Below, piece after piece: positions 12,905 through 26,766 of a stretch of DNA of 64,000 bases (position 1 is its first letter; each line of letters begins with the position of its first letter). Origin of the DNA: Octopus vulgaris (taxonomy: Eukaryota); the NCBI GenBank assembly GCA_951406725.2, contig OX597829.1, forward strand, positions 34,906,001-34,970,000. Direction: 5' to 3'. The translations under genes and the position numbers were made by a program. The notes beneath the pieces were generated by a model. It saw nothing but the letters and a program-made list of their open reading frames with translations. It searched no databases and was not told the origin of the DNA.

Positions 12905-13298
12905 CTAGTAGTATTGCCCGGCGTTGCTCGGGTTTGTAAGGGAAATAACTATATAAGCATTTTTAGAGAGTTATAGCCAAAAAATAGCAAAAAAATGCAT
13001 TAAAAATGGAAAAAAATGATGGTAAACTTTTTTAAAAATCGTTGACTCATCATAGACATTTTTAGAGAGTTACTTCTCTTTAAAAAAATATGCATGAAAA
13101 TGGAAAAAAATGATGGTAAATTATTTTTAAAATCGTAGACTCATCGTAGACGCATGCTAATACCCAGAAGGGCTCGATATGAATCACGACTATATGATAC
13201 CCGGTTTTGGTTAAACTGCACCGCAAAATGTGGGAGTAGTTAGGAATCTAAATCGTAGGAGACAGACACTCACACAACTTCACTTTTATATATAAAGA
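12905..13298 (-). mobile_element. Non-autonomous Helitron
   Basis: Minus strand starts TC (TCTTTATATATAAAA) and ends with hairpin CCCGAGCAACGCCGGG plus CTAG, between A and T. Homologous to 18618-19225. Confidence 0.85.
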
Positions 13299-13527
13299 TA
13301 TGTGCATGTGTGCATATGTAATGTGTATGTTGTCTTTGTCATTATCATCATCATCATCATCATCATCATCGTTTTAATGTCTATTTTTCCAAGCTAGCAT
13401 GTGTCAGCCAGAATCTGTTGAGGAACATTATCAATAGTCGTATACCCTTCCTCTTACCAACCTTCATGCTTCCAGGTAAGGTAATATTTTCCCTTGACTT
13501 TGCACCTCCTTTTTGACAGTAATTCCT

Positions 13528-13894
13528 GACAGGAGTGGCTGTGTGGTAAGTAGCTTGCTAACCAACCACACGGTTGCGGGTTCAGTCCCACTGCGTGGCA
13601 TCTTGGGCAAGTGTCTTCTGCTATAGCCCCGGGCCGACCAATGCCTTGTGAGTGGATTTGGTAGACGGAAACTGAAAGAAGCCTGTCGTATATATGTATA
13701 TATATGTATATGTGTGTGTCTGTGTTTGTCCCCCTAGCATTGCTTGACAACCGATGCTGGTGTGTTTATGTCCCCGTTACTTAGCGGTTCGGCAAAAAGA
13801 GACCGATAGAATAAGTACTAAAGGTGGTGCTCCAGCATGGCCGCAGTCAAATGACTGAAACAAGTAAAAGAGTAAAAGAGTAAAGAGAAAGAGT
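13528..13894 (+). mobile_element. tRNA-derived SINE (octopus-type family A)
   Basis: A box TGGCTGTGTGG, B box GGTTCAGTCCC, internal (TA/TG)n, tail (GTAAAAGA)n. Near-identical to 25259-25668. Confidence 0.88.
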
Positions 13895-14916
13895 ATATCT
13901 CTTTCTCTTTTTCTACCCACTCTTCTTTTTCCTCCGTTACTTTCATCCTAACATTGTCCCTGCTGTTATTCTCTACTATATTTACATCTGGGCCTTCAGC
14001 TATTTTGTACCTGCTAAATCTCCATCTGCTGCCTCTCTTGCCTGCCTTCTGAGATTTTACAAAAACAACAAAAATATTTTTTAATTTTCTTCTCACCTTT
14101 CTCTCTTGTTCATTGCACTATGCCATGTCCTGCATGAAAGGTTTGATATGCCATGGTTGCTTTATCTGCAGAGATTTCTGATTTGTAAATGATTGAGGTC
14201 ATTGTTTTTGAGGCATGTTTGCCCTCAACTCATCTGTTCCGATAGAGTATCCCATCCTGAATCAAGTGAACACTAAGACTGGGTGCCTGGCATCTGGAAT
14301 GTTGTCAGGCTCTCACAGTTCTTTATGCTGATGCAATTGGGGGTCCATCAAACTTTAAAATATATAGAGACTTAGAGGTGGGGAAGAGCAAAGATATTCT
14401 CGGGGATTTCTAAGCTTTGGTAGAGTATGTGAACACTCTGTTCTGGAGGATTTTCTCTCAAGAGTCTGTGGGCAAATTTCAGAAATCTTTGTTCCGGCGG
14501 AGCAAGCATGTAGGTTGCATGTTTGACATAAAGTTTACAGACATTATCTTGTATTAGAATCTGTTTGTTGCTGTGTGGCTGTGTGTTCAATTTCCCTAAA
14601 TTTTCAACATGTCACAATATATTGCGCTATATTTTGCTCCCCTTTACATTCTCACATATTTTATACTTTTGTATAATACATTTTTGTTTTGTATCCATAC
14701 ACCCTTGTAGTCAAGAAAGAAAAAAAAGTTGGTGAGCTTGCAGCTTGACATCTGGAGAGGCGAGTCTATGTTCCAGCAGTGTTGTAGGTCTCTAAACAGA
14801 TGGGATCTGGTTCAGTCTGGACCTTCAGATGGACAGGTGCTGGGATGAGTTTATGTACAGGGTGGTCAGCCTCACCCAGGAATTAGCTGAAAAAAAAAGA
14901 TGTCCTTGAATGGTTG

Positions 14917-15125
14917 AGAAGAAGAAGAAGAAGAGGGGGAGGGGAGGTGGTGGTGGAGGAGAAGGAGTCGTTGTCGTCCCCCCTCCCCCTCCTCCTCCTC
15001 CTCCTCCTCCTCCTCCTTCTTCTTCTTCTTCTTCTTCTTCTTCTTCTTCTTCTTCTTCTTCTTCTTCTTCTTCTTCTTCTTCTACTTCTGCTGCTGCTGC
15101 TGCTATGAAGGAGGAGGAGGAGGAG
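14917..15125. repeat. Compound trinucleotide microsatellite (GAA/CCT/CTT/CTG/GGA)
   Basis: Seen directly; it produces the homopolymeric ORFs in the track. Confidence 0.95.
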
Positions 15126-15424
15126 ATGGAGACTTAAAAAATCATAGCTTGTTTCAGTGATGAGCATTTGTATTGGAAATTAAATGGTGCCAACATAGTG
15201 CATGTGCCCTTGAATGTGAGGCAGATGAGTAGCTTGTTGCCAAATTCTTGGAATGTGGAGGTGAATGGGATGAAAAAATTTTTTCAATGGCTATCTTAAA
15301 AAAGAATAAATAGTGTGCCATACTTATAGACAGTACCTTCACTGTATGAGTCACAGATGAGGAATGCAGAGGTTGTGAGTTCAAACCTCACCTGGGGCAC
15401 AGATATTTTGTTGTATATTTTAAG

Positions 15425-15765
15425 GTATAGGTGTGGTGAGAAGCTTGCTTCTAAACTATGTTACTTCTACTATAGCCTCGGGCGAACCAATGTCTTGTGA
15501 GTGGAATTGGTAGGCAGAAACTGAAAGACACCCATCATATATGTATGTGTGTGTCTTTGAGTCTGTTTGTCCCCCACCACTGCTTGACTATTAGTGTTAG
15601 TGTGTTTACGCCCCAGTAACTTAGCAGTCAGCAAAAGAAGCCAATAGCCTAAGTTCCAGACTTTAAGTTCTGCGGTCATTTCATTCAACAAAAAAACAAA
15701 CAAAAAAATTCTTTACGATGGTGCCCCAGCATGACTGCAGTCTAATAACTGAAACAAGTAAAAGA
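15425..15765 (+). mobile_element. Diverged SINE family A copy
   Basis: TTGTGAGTGGAATTGGTAGGCAGAAACTGAAAGA and CCAGCATGACTGCAGTC...GAAACAAGTAAAAGA match 13528-13894. Confidence 0.75.
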
Positions 15766-15774
15766 TTAATGGTG

Positions 15775-16230
15775 AAAAGAAAATGTCCAGCAATATCATT
15801 TACTAACTTAACCAATTGATCTCCTGTACTGTGGTCACTTGCAGATGGCAGGATGGTCTGAACTTTAGGTGGCAAATGGGGTAAAAATAATTGCTTCATG
15901 AATGACTCTGCTAGAGAATCATTTTCTGGTAATCCATTCATTCTATGTAATAACTCTGAAGACTTCCTACCATTTAATGAAGTAATTTATCAATTTTTTC
16001 CTGCTGCAAACAAAATGTTCTTTTTAAAATATCAGTCTTAATTTTTGTGTAGGGGACAGTATTGGCACTATGATTAACTCTTTAACTTCACAATTTAACG
16101 ATTGAAGAAAGATGCTTATCAATAAGCTGGACTGCTGAGCTTCAGAAAAAATGTTCCTGTAGAAATCTGAACTACTGGATTTTTATAAGCATGCCAAAAT
16201 GTTCCAGAATGTTCAACAAAGCCTCTAGAA
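15775..16230 (-). mobile_element. Ty3/Gypsy gag remnant
   Basis: FMKQLFLPHLPPKVQTILPSAS...DQLVKLVNDI resembles the gag motif LrelFLqrLP..vq.iLas....LA.lADkI. Confidence 0.6.
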
Positions 16231-17835
16231 GTGAAAATTAAGTTTTCCAATTGCTCTGTCATTCTATGTTCAAATTCAAGGAAGGTTATTTATTACTAGT
16301 GTAAATTTTGTCCCTAATTTGTTAATCTTTGCCCTATGTTGTCTTTGGAGGGTGTATTACTTTGTCCTGAATTGTTAGTGAAGACTGATAAAGATAAAGG
16401 AAATGCAGTGGGATTTGAATTTTAAAGTTTTTATCATAATCTCAAAACTTGCCATTTGACACTTTGAATGGTTTTGTAGCAAATTGTGTTTGTTCATTCT
16501 AATTATCCTCACCAATGCCGAGAAGAAAGAGGCTTGGAAATGTCATTAAGTTGAGAAGGTATAGATAACAGGGAGGGGGGAGGGAGTGACAGAGAAAGGG
16601 AATACATTATCCTAAGGGGAACCAGTAGAACAATTAGCTGCTGAAATTAACAGTTTTGCAGTCAAAAGCACTATTAAGGGCATAAAAGTAGGGAAAACAA
16701 CCAATCATTGAAGGGTAATTGCTGAAATGCTTCATTAATTCGATTAACATTTTTTAATGTTGCCTTGCAATTATCTTTGTAAATCTAAAATGCTGCTACA
16801 CTGCATGTTTATTTTTCTAAAGTCAGTTACAGGACCAATAAATTGCTGAAGCAAGACTGCTGTATTCCATAGAACCTAATTTGAGAAACCCTGGTAAATA
16901 GTGGTAGGGAAGGACAATGACACTCTTGAGGAAACTCTAGGTGTTGCTGAAAATCAACTGACGAGTATGTTTTGGAGAAATTCTGGCCTGGTGATGTAGA
17001 TAACTTCCAGAACTTCCTAGCTTAACAGTACTACTGAAAGCTTGCCAGTTCAAAAACAAACCCTACATGTATGAAAATACTGGCAGCTGGGTCTATTCAA
17101 GATATACAAGGAGTTGAAAACTGCTGTCAAACCTGACTGTAAACTGACTTCCTCTCAGTTTTCACTTCATTTAGTATGGAAGGACAGACAGTTTTCCCCT
17201 GTCTGGTGGTCATGGGGAAAGGAGTTAAGTGGTGGATCTGACTGAAAGAACTATTAACAGAAGTTCCGTTTGAAGAGGATGGGGAGAGTTGAAAGTGGGC
17301 TACAGCTCTCCATTAAAATTATCAAAAGGAGAATAGAGATGAAGAAAATGGATCTGCTCTAAATACGTACCTGTAGGCTGGAGACAGAGAGAGATGGGAA
17401 GGGGTATTTATCTTTAATCTCTTATTATAAAAGGCAGATTTTATCTGCCTCCCTTTGGGAGTTATACAAATCTACAATATAGGATTTCTTCAATTACAAT
17501 TTACCTAGCATTTTTGAGAGTACAATGCATCGCATCATGCCAGGTCCAGTTTTTAAAATTTAAACTCCAATTAAGCAAAATTTATAGAAAACTCACATTC
17601 TGGTGTGTGTGTCAAATGCTTTTCTTAGTCTGGTTTACACCACACGCAAACGCACACACACAGTGGGCAACGAATAAAATGAAAGTAAATAGCGACAGAG
17701 TGATTTGAGGAAGACTAAAGTGAAAGTATTCTGTCTATGACGCTGATAGATACATGAGTAAAATGTATGGGAAGCTAAGAGCTAAGAGTGAGTGAAAATG
17801 TTCTTGGAAGAGAGTAATTAGTAATAAAGTAAACA

Positions 17836-18151
17836 TACACTCATACATACATACATACATACATACATACATACATACATACATACATACATACATACAT
17901 ACATGCACACACACACATACACACACATACACTCATGCACACATACATACACACACATACACGCATGCACACATACATACATATATACATACATACATAC
18001 ATATACATACATACATACACACACACACATACACACACACACAGTATTGAAGCTTGAGAACAATCAGATACATTTGCAACACATCTGTTGAAAATATTAT
18101 TGTTCACACACATACATATACATATATACATACAGACAGACAGACAGATAG

Positions 18152-18180
<29 letters not shown>
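17836..18180. repeat. (CATA)n/(CA)n compound microsatellite
   Basis: Seen directly. Confidence 0.95.
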
Positions 18181-18182
<2 letters not shown>

Positions 18183-18244
18183 ATCCAGCATGGCCACAAC
18201 CTCAAGGCTGAAACATATAAAAGAATAACAGAATATAAATGTTT

Positions 18245-18600
18245 GCAAAGTACAAGAAATATTAATGCAGTATATGGGGATTGGACAATAAGCGTAAGGC
18301 AGTGTCAATGGTGGTTCCAGAAATCCCGAGCCATAAACTACAGCCTAGAAGACGAGCCTCATCCTGAAAGATCTGTAGAACTCGACAAGGATATCCTGAA
18401 AACCCTGGTGGAACAAAATATCATCGTAACTGTTGAGGAACTAGCAGAGAAGCTTGGATTTGGTCATTCAACCATTCATTGACACCTGTGTGCTATCGGA
18501 AAAGTCAGCAAATTGGGTCAATGGGTTCCTCACGAACTTTCCGAGTCTAATTGCATGCAGAGAGTGAATGTATGCTTTTCTTTGCTGTCATATCTCACCA
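18245..18600 (+). mobile_element. mariner transposase N-terminal remnant
   Basis: RNINAVYGD...QCQWWFQK...SLEDEPHPER...TVEELAEKLGFGHSTIH*HL...GQWVPHEL. It stops at the Helitron at 18618. Confidence 0.9.
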
Positions 18601-18617
18601 CTACTGCGCTATGTATA

Positions 18618-19225
18618 TCTATATATATAAAACTGTAGTTGTGTGAGTGTCTGTCCCCTTCGATTTAGATTCCTAACTACTCCCACATTTTGCGGTACAG
18701 TTTAACCAAATTCGGGTAGCTTATAGTCGTGATTCATATCGAGCCCGTCTGAATATTAGCGCGCGTCTACGATGAGTCTACGATTTTAAAAATAATTTAA
18801 CATCATTTTTTATTCCGATGGCGGCGGAGTTGGCGTCCACGCTCACACCTGCACCTGTGGGGAAGGGAGTGTAAGGAAATCAACGTCGTAATGCGTTGTC
18901 AAGGAGACCAGTGTTCTTTTAGAACAATGACTTCATGGCTTGAAGACACCAAAACAGAAATGGCTAAGAAAGCGTCTACATGAGTCTACGATTTAAAAAA
19001 AAATTTACTTTCGTTTTTTTTCCATTTTAATGCATTTTTTCGCTATTATATAAGGGAAGTAACTCTCTAAAAATGTCTACGATGAGTCAACGATTTAAAA
19101 AAAATTTACCATCATATTTTTTCCATTTTTAATGCATTTTTTGCTATTTTTGGCTATAACTCTCTAAAAATGCTTATATAGTTATTTCCCTTACAAACCC
19201 GAGCAACGCCGGGCGATACTGCTAG
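18618..19225 (+). mobile_element. Non-autonomous Helitron
   Basis: A|TCTATATATATAAAA ... CCCGAGCAACGCCGGG-CGATACTG-CTAG|T. Internal subrepeats. Longer than the 12905 copy. Confidence 0.88.
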
Positions 19226-19635
19226 TAGTCAGATAAATCTGGAGATTATTGATTGATTTGGGTGATGGTCCCCTTGGGATATTGTAAAATTTTGTAAATA
19301 GTGTACGAAAGGTGACATGCCTATAAAAATTATTAGATAGTGAGGAACAGAGAATAATATCAGGAAGCTAGAAAAGAAGCTAAGCATCATGTGTTTATAG
19401 GTTGGAAAGAAGCTGAAAATAAGAGAGTAGTCACTATGTTTTGCAAAGAGAAAATCAGAGGTGGGAAGAGTTCTGGATTGTAAAGTAATATGTTAGAGCT
19501 AATCAAAATATTATTGGGGAAAATGGAATGACTACAGCACATTTACCATCACCAACACTGAGAAGAAAGAGGTTTGGGAATGTTATTATGTGAGGTTGCT
19601 GAATTAGAAGAGAAAGAGAGAGATTAATATTATTA

Positions 19636-19999
19636 CTAGCACTATGACCTGGCAACGCCGGGTCATAATGCTAGTGCATGCATATACAGCTGCGTGCATG
19701 CACACATACACACGATTACTGTCCAAATCTCCGACCAATCACATACAGCTAGCTGGCATTCAATTGGTGTATCAAGTTTCAGGCATTTTCATCGGGTTTT
19801 GGATAGAAAATTTACAAAAAAGTCACTTCTATTGATTTTTTAATGGCTTTGCAGGGTGACTGGGGAAATGTAAAGATGTGCATGACCACCCTTGGACGGT
19901 TTTGAATGACCATAGAAAGTATGAGCCCTCTAACTGAAAAATTGTGGATTTGTATAAAGGACATGCATGCAGACATTTTGCCGTTTATATAGAGAGAGA
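19636..19999 (-). mobile_element. Non-autonomous Helitron-like element (second family)
   Basis: Minus strand starts TCTCTCTCTATATAAAC and ends in a GC hairpin plus CTAG|T. Confidence 0.7.
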
Positions 20000-20597
20000 T
20001 AATGCAGAGGATTAGCAGAATCATTGAAGTATTGAACAAATTACTACAAGGAATTTGTTCCATATGTCTTTGTTTTGAATTCAATTTTTGCCAAATTTAA
20101 ATTTGTCATAAAACGAAATACCAGTCTATTATTTGAGTGATGAATTAACTGAAACTATAGAATACCAAACTTAATGCTTTATAATATTTCAGAATTGTCT
20201 TACAATATTCAGTTTCATTCTGCTATAGTCAGTTTAAATAATTCTGGCTCATTTTTACCTTTTATTTCTCTACAATCAATAAAATACAGAAATTAATGTG
20301 TGTTTTCCCAACACTTGTGAAAATTAGCCATGAGTCTAAGTAATAAACCATCATGTTTTAATACACCTCCTTGTCTTTACTATCATTATTATTATGATTC
20401 ATTACTCTGGCAACTTTATTTCCATTACTGTCAAGTGTTGGGAAAGTGTGTTGTACAAAGATATCATATTTTGTTCCAACCCTTAGTAATTCATTGTAGT
20501 CACTCTCCAACTCATTTATTATTAGTAATTTAATGTTGTCATTCTCTAGCTCATTTGTGTTCTACTTTTCACGGAAGCTAATATTACATATCCAACA

Positions 20598-20812
20598 AGG
20601 CAGTGAGCTGGCAGAATTGTTAACAAACCAGGCAAAATGCATAGCAGCATTTCATCTGTGTTTATGTTCTGAGTTCAAATTTTGCATAGGTTGACTTTAC
20701 CTTTCATCGTTTTGGGGCCAATAAAGTAAATACTAGCTGAGCACTAGGGTTGATGTAATCAACTTACCCCTTCCCTGAAATTGCTCGCCTTGTGCTAAAA
20801 TTTGAAACCAAG
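20598..20812 (+). mobile_element. tRNA-derived SINE family B (diverged)
   Basis: GAGCTGGCAGAA head, GAGTTCAAAT B box, CCTTTCATC...AATAAAGTAAATAC core. Confidence 0.75.
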
Positions 20813-21456
20813 ATTACATTTCCAACATATCCTGATGCTCTCATTTCTCTCCAATCTTGAAATATCATCCTCAATTAATACCCATATCTGATTACAATGT
20901 ATGCAAGCCTTGTACTCCAAGACTTTCAGATGGTAAGAAACATTATTCCCAACAAAAACAATAGCTTCCTATGGTTCTTCTATTCCTTTCTTAGTTCCAC
21001 TACTTTCCTTTCAGCTACTTCTTGCACTAATTAGATCAATGAGGTGGCAAAAACAATTATCTCCATTGAGTTGTTAAAGCAGTTCCTGGATTTTATTTCA
21101 CAGATGCCCTCATTGTTGAAATTATCTTGTATACCTCTACATCTTGAGTCATTCTTTCAGAAACATCACAGTATCTTTTATAAAACATTCCAAAATTCAC
21201 AGAGAGAGTAATTGATCTAATTGACTATATCAATTAATCAAATTGGAAGACTTGTACCTATAAAGAAATCAACATGAAGAAATTAATAATGATTTTCCTC
21301 TTTCTTTAATAGTTTACTGTAGTTATACCTTTTCTTTTCACAAGTTTTTCAATAAAAGCACTTACAAAAATAACCCCTGGAGTTCCTAAATTGTTTAAAC
21401 CAAAATATAGTGCCAAATGTAAATATCTGATTTGAAATTAAAAGTAATTTTCAATA

Positions 21457-21678
21457 TAGTAATCCCTCACCGTATCATGGTTCACATATCGCGGTTTATT
21501 ATTTAAGCTTACGTCGATTCCTCCATGGTGTTGTTTTGCATTTATAATAAAATGAATATATGCAAATTATAGAAATAATTTTTAAAATATACAGTACAGC
21601 CCTGTTTCTACTTCGTGGATTTTCACCTATTGTGGGGGGTTTTGGAACATAACACCTGCGATAGTTGAGGAATTACTG
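21457..21678. mobile_element. Tigger/pogo-type MITE
   Basis: TA|TAGTAATCCCTC ... GAGGAATTACTG|TA inverted termini with TA TSD. Confidence 0.8.
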
Positions 21679-21827
21679 TACTTTAATATTTATCATTTTC
21701 AATTTAACCATTTTGATACGAATCTCACTGAAACTATCTATGATTCTATTATACAAACTTTCCCCTTTTAAAGGTAATATGAATTAAAATTTTCGTGTTA
21801 AATTCTGATTCAAACACCAGATTAATA

Positions 21828-22040
21828 ATCCTTTCTATTATAGGCACAAGGCCTGAAGTATTGTGGAAGGAGAAAGTCGATTACATCAACCCCAGTACTC
21901 AGCTGATACCTATTTATCGACCCCGAAAAGATGAAAGGCAAAGCCGACCTCTGCGGAATTTGAACTCAGAACGTACTGACGGACGAAATACTGCTAAGCA
22001 TTTTGCCCAGCGTGCTAACGATTCTGCAAGCTCGTCGCTT
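21828..22040 (-). mobile_element. SINE family B
   Basis: Reverse complement of GCGAGCTGGCAGAA...GAGTTCAAATTCCGC...GCCTTTCATC...GGGGTCGATAAATAGGTATCAG. Confidence 0.85.
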
Positions 22041-22904
22041 AAATAACAGCTTAATAATGAAAGCTATTTTACGAAATTCTTCTTTATTTTAAAACTTATT
22101 AGAAATCATTACATTTCAATAGGAATATATTAACAAATGAGATTAGTACGATAAATATATTTGGTACCTTCATAATGATTTCAAATAAGTTTTAAAATAA
22201 AGAAGAATTTCGTAAAATAGCTTTCATTATTAAGCTGTTATATAAGCGATGAGCTGGTAGAATCGTTGCACTATTGTATGTTAAGTTATTTGCTAAGTGG
22301 AGTCTGATATTTTGGTAAATCTGAAAATTTATCGTTTTTTTAATTAGTGACTAGTGGAAATTACTCAATTCAAACATCTTGCTTGTAATTTTGTGGTAAA
22401 AAGAAAAACAAAATCGAATTCCCGGAGGGGAATAAACAGTTGTCATTGCCAAAATGTAATACAAGTTAATCGAAAGAAAGTCTTCAATAATGTCACAACG
22501 CAACGAATAACATTAGTAAGGGTAAACGTAATTGCAGTCGAAAATAAGGTGGCGAATTTATGTGAAGAATGGGTTTCAATAATATAAGGGAGGTAATTCT
22601 TTATTAGATGTTAATATTTTTATTAAGAAATTTAAATCAAAATATTTCATGAAGTTATATATTTACAACATAAAAATAATAATGATAATCATTAGATTGG
22701 ATATTTTCTCCATCAATTCTGCATTTTCTCACTAGGTAAAAATTTAAATTAAACTGATGAAGTAGAGGTTACGTTTAAGCCTCATAATAGATGAGTTTTA
22801 TCTAAACAATATGATTGAAGATAACAGTTTTTACCGGCTCAGGAAGATTGGCAGCATCGTCATCGCCATATATATATATATCATAATAATAATCATTAAT
22901 ATTA

Positions 22905-24070
22905 TCATTTAACTTCCATTTTCCATGCTGGCGTGGGTTGGACGCTTTGACCAGAGCTGACAAGCTAGAAGACTGCACCAGATACCAGACTGATCTTGCT
23001 TGGTTTCTACAGCTGGATGCTCTCCTAAAGTGCGCTGGGTGCTTTTTGCGTGGCACCATCACAGGTGCTTTGTATGTGGCACTGGCATGGGTGTTTTTTT
23101 CACATGGCCTGGCATGGTTGCTTTTTATGTGGCCCTGCATGGGTTCATTTTATGTAGTGTTGGGACAGGTGCTTTTTACATGGCACCAGCACAGGTGCTT
23201 CTTACGTGTCACTGGCATGGGGCTCTGGCAAGATAAAAAACCCCTTCAGTTGGGAGGAGAGCATTAACAATTCTGCTGTGGTGGACAGGTCTACTTGTGC
23301 TCAGCAAGGTGCCAGATATCTTGGTCCTTTGTCATCTTGTAAGGCTCAGTATCCTGAGATCAGCCTTCAGTATTTCATCCCATGCCTTCCTAGGTTTCCC
23401 TCTTGTATAAATTCCATCCACTTTAAGTAATTGGCACTTCTTTATGCAACTGTCTATATCCATCAGCATCACATGACCAAATCAGAGCAGTCTTCTCTCT
23501 TGCATACTGCATCTAATTCTTCTTACATTTAACTTTTATCTCAATACATTAGCACTCTGTCACACATACACTGACATTGCACATCCAGCACAGCATACAA
23601 GCTTCATTGTACTCTAGCCTTTGCATGTCTTCTGCATTCAGAGCTACCATGCAGAACTGCTGTTCATATACATGCATTATACAATTTTCCTTTCACTTGG
23701 AGAGGGAGACCTTTGTTTGCTAATAGAAGTAAAATTTTCTCCATCCCATTTTTATTCTAGCAATTTACACTTTCTATACAGCCTCACCCACAATTAATTA
23801 GGTCATATATCATCATCATCATCATCATCATCATCGTCATCATCGTCATCTGTTTTCCATGCTGGCATGAGTTGGATAGTTTGAAAGGAACTGACAAGGT
23901 GGAGAGCTGCACCAGGTTCTATAGTCTGTTTTGGCTTGGTTTTTACTGCTAGATGCACTTCCCAGTGATAACCACTTTACAGAGAATACTGGATACTTTT
24001 TATGTCACTCCATCACCAGTGCTTCTTACATGGCACCAGCACTCACACCAGTGCTTTTTATGTGGCACCT
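22905..24070 (-). mobile_element. Two decayed RTE LINE 3' fragments
   Basis: TTTTCCATGCTGGC termini next to (ATC)n at ~22905 and ~23810. Remnant RT-region homology at 23300-23800. Confidence 0.7.
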
Positions 24071-25258
24071 TGGTATTAAGGATTTCAATTCTGTTGAGGT
24101 GCATGAGTTTTCTTGCACTATATATATATATATCATCATCATCATCATCATCGTTTATATATCATATATATTATATATATATATATATATATATCCTGAG
24201 TGCTAAACTAATTCACCCTGTAAGTTGTTATTTCACCTGTCCCTGTTTTTTTGAATCTTTTGTATATTTTTGAACCATATATGCATATCTATCCTAAAGT
24301 CTGAAGCATTGTTACTTTGTTAGCAAAAAGCATGAAATCAAGCAAGTTATTATGATTTAGCTTATTCTTGTATGGTGTCAGTATATAAACAGTGTCATTA
24401 GATCTCAAAACTAGAATATGAGGAGATAGAGAGGGGGGAGGTGAGAGAGAGTGTGTGTGGGGTGGGTGGGTGAGAGAGAGTATGTGTGGGGTGGGTGGGT
24501 GAGAGAGAGAGTGTGTGTGTGTGTGAGAGAGAGAGATGGAAATAACATTATTACTTTTGCTATCATTAACATAGTAATAATATTTAATAATCTCTAATGA
24601 CATAAGTTCCAGTAGAAATTCTACTATATGTTATTTGTTAAGTGGTGTCAGACATTTTAATTAGTGATTGTTGGTGATACGACTTATAAATGTCATCTGC
24701 AAGATGTGAGTAATGAAAAAAACAATGACAAAAATAGTTTGTTTTCAATTCTTCTAGGCATGTAGACATGTAATTGGGTGGGGTCACTATGGACATGCAC
24801 TCACTAATATATTCACTCTCCCCCACCAAGTCCACAAAACTAGAACTGTACCTCCATTGATGGTGCAGAAAGAAAAGCAATGAGAATAGTGGTACAGATA
24901 AAAAAATAAAAAAAAATGCTGTGCATCATCAATTTTCATTCCTGCTACTCATATGGCAGTAAGGATCATTAAAAGCCTTTTTCCATTGGAAGAATTCAAA
25001 AACGAAAAAAGTGTAATGAGGACAGCAGAACCAGAATTAACAATATTGGACCACAAAAGTTGCTGTTACCAAAGAATCGCCAGTAGGTTCCTGAAACAGC
25101 AAAAGAAATTTACATATTTTTTATTTCCAAATCTAATAATCAGTGATGCTGAATAATCCTGTGGAGTTGTAATCATGAAGAAGCCATGGTCTACAAACAT
25201 GGCTGACAGATTGTTGAGGGCAGTGGGAAAATATTTTTAAAATATTAAAAAAATTAAA

Positions 25259-25421
25259 GGCGCAGGAGTGGCTGTGTGGTAAGTAGCTTGCTGACCAACT
25301 ACATGGTTCCGGGTTCAATCCTACTGCGTGGCATCTTGGGCAAGTGTCTTCTGCTATAGCCCCGGGACGACCAATGCCTTGTGAGTGGATTTGGTAGACA
25401 GAAACTGAAAGAAGCCTGTTG

Positions 25422-25452
<31 letters not shown>

Positions 25453-25668
25453 TTGTGTGTCTGTGTTTGTCCCCCTAGCATTGCTTGACAACCGATGCTG
25501 GTGTGTTTATGTCCCCGTTACTTAGCGGTTGGGCAAAAGAGACCGGTAGAATAAGTACTGGGCTTACAAAGAATAAGTCCCGGGGTCGATTTGCTTGACT
25601 AAAGGCGGTGCTCCAGCATGGCCGCAGTCAAATGACTGAAACAAGTAAAAGAGTAAAAGAGAGAGAGT
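25259..25668 (+). mobile_element. Full-length tRNA-derived SINE family A
   Basis: GGCGCAGGAGTGGCTGTGTGG head, GGTTCAATCC B box, AAGTAAAAGAGT tail. Confidence 0.9.
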
Positions 25669-26766
25669 ACTCCCACCCAAAAGAATATAACTTAGGGAAG
25701 ATAAGTACAATGTTAGCAGTGCAGCGCATCTCCCCTGGAAATATATAAAGTTCACTGTGCTTTGGAAAGCAGACAGAAAAATAATTAGATGATTTAAAAC
25801 TCTGTCAAGATCCAGAAAAAAGATCAGGAACAGATTTATAAAATTGGTACATTCAAGAGACAGACTGTATATGAAAACTTTTCCTGGGTTTTTGAACTGC
25901 TGTAACCTAGCCAACAAGACTACATAGGTTCTTTTTCAAATACTCCAATATCTGAGTTACTTATGGGCTCTTTCTGAGATTGACCATTTTCAGTATCTAG
26001 ATGTTGGGTACATAAAGAAGGTGGGCAGGATTGTGTGGTGCTTTGATCAAACTCAAGTGGAAACTCATCAATTTATCTCTTGTTCTGTGAGTAAGATATA
26101 AACAACTGAGGAGGGGTTAGACTCCTTTTGATATGTTGTCCTGTACTTATCTCCTATTGTGTGTTTATGTATTTTTCACTTGCTGGTGATGTCTTGTCCT
26201 TAATGTGTTTTTTTTCATTTATTTAATAACTGAAAGCCATGCAGCCTTTGTCAACAGTAAGTTTTTACATTTATATATATTTTCTGTGACTCTACACTCT
26301 ACACTCTACACTTTCTTGTCTCTCTGTCATTTCTAGGTTGAACGGCAACCCAGCCGGATGTCATTTCTCTCGCCTCTCAATATTTTTTTCTTTTCTACTA
26401 TTTATTCTGTATCCTTTCAAAATGTCTCCCAGGCATTACCCATAACAATTCATCTTGGCCTAATGGCCCTAAATGTCTGTCTTCATCAGTTGTTTACTTC
26501 TATACATCCACTCTGGTGTCATTTGTTTGTCTAAAGCCCTAACCCTCCACAAATGTTATATTCTTAAAATTTCTGGATGCTGCTGTCTTATGAAGTTTTC
26601 CTGTTTTGTTGTTGAAAGTATGAAACAGGGAGTAATATTACAGTCAACAACTGAGGTGGGGTTAAACACTTCTTTTGGTATTTTATTCTGTATTTATCTC
26701 TCATGTATTTACGTATTTCTCACTCGTTGGTGATGTCCTATTCTTAATGTGTATATTTTCATATAT

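Noticed and set aside
13528-13600. tRNA gene-like A/B boxes here and at other SINE heads
   Set aside because: No complete cloverleaf; they continue into SINE body and tail.
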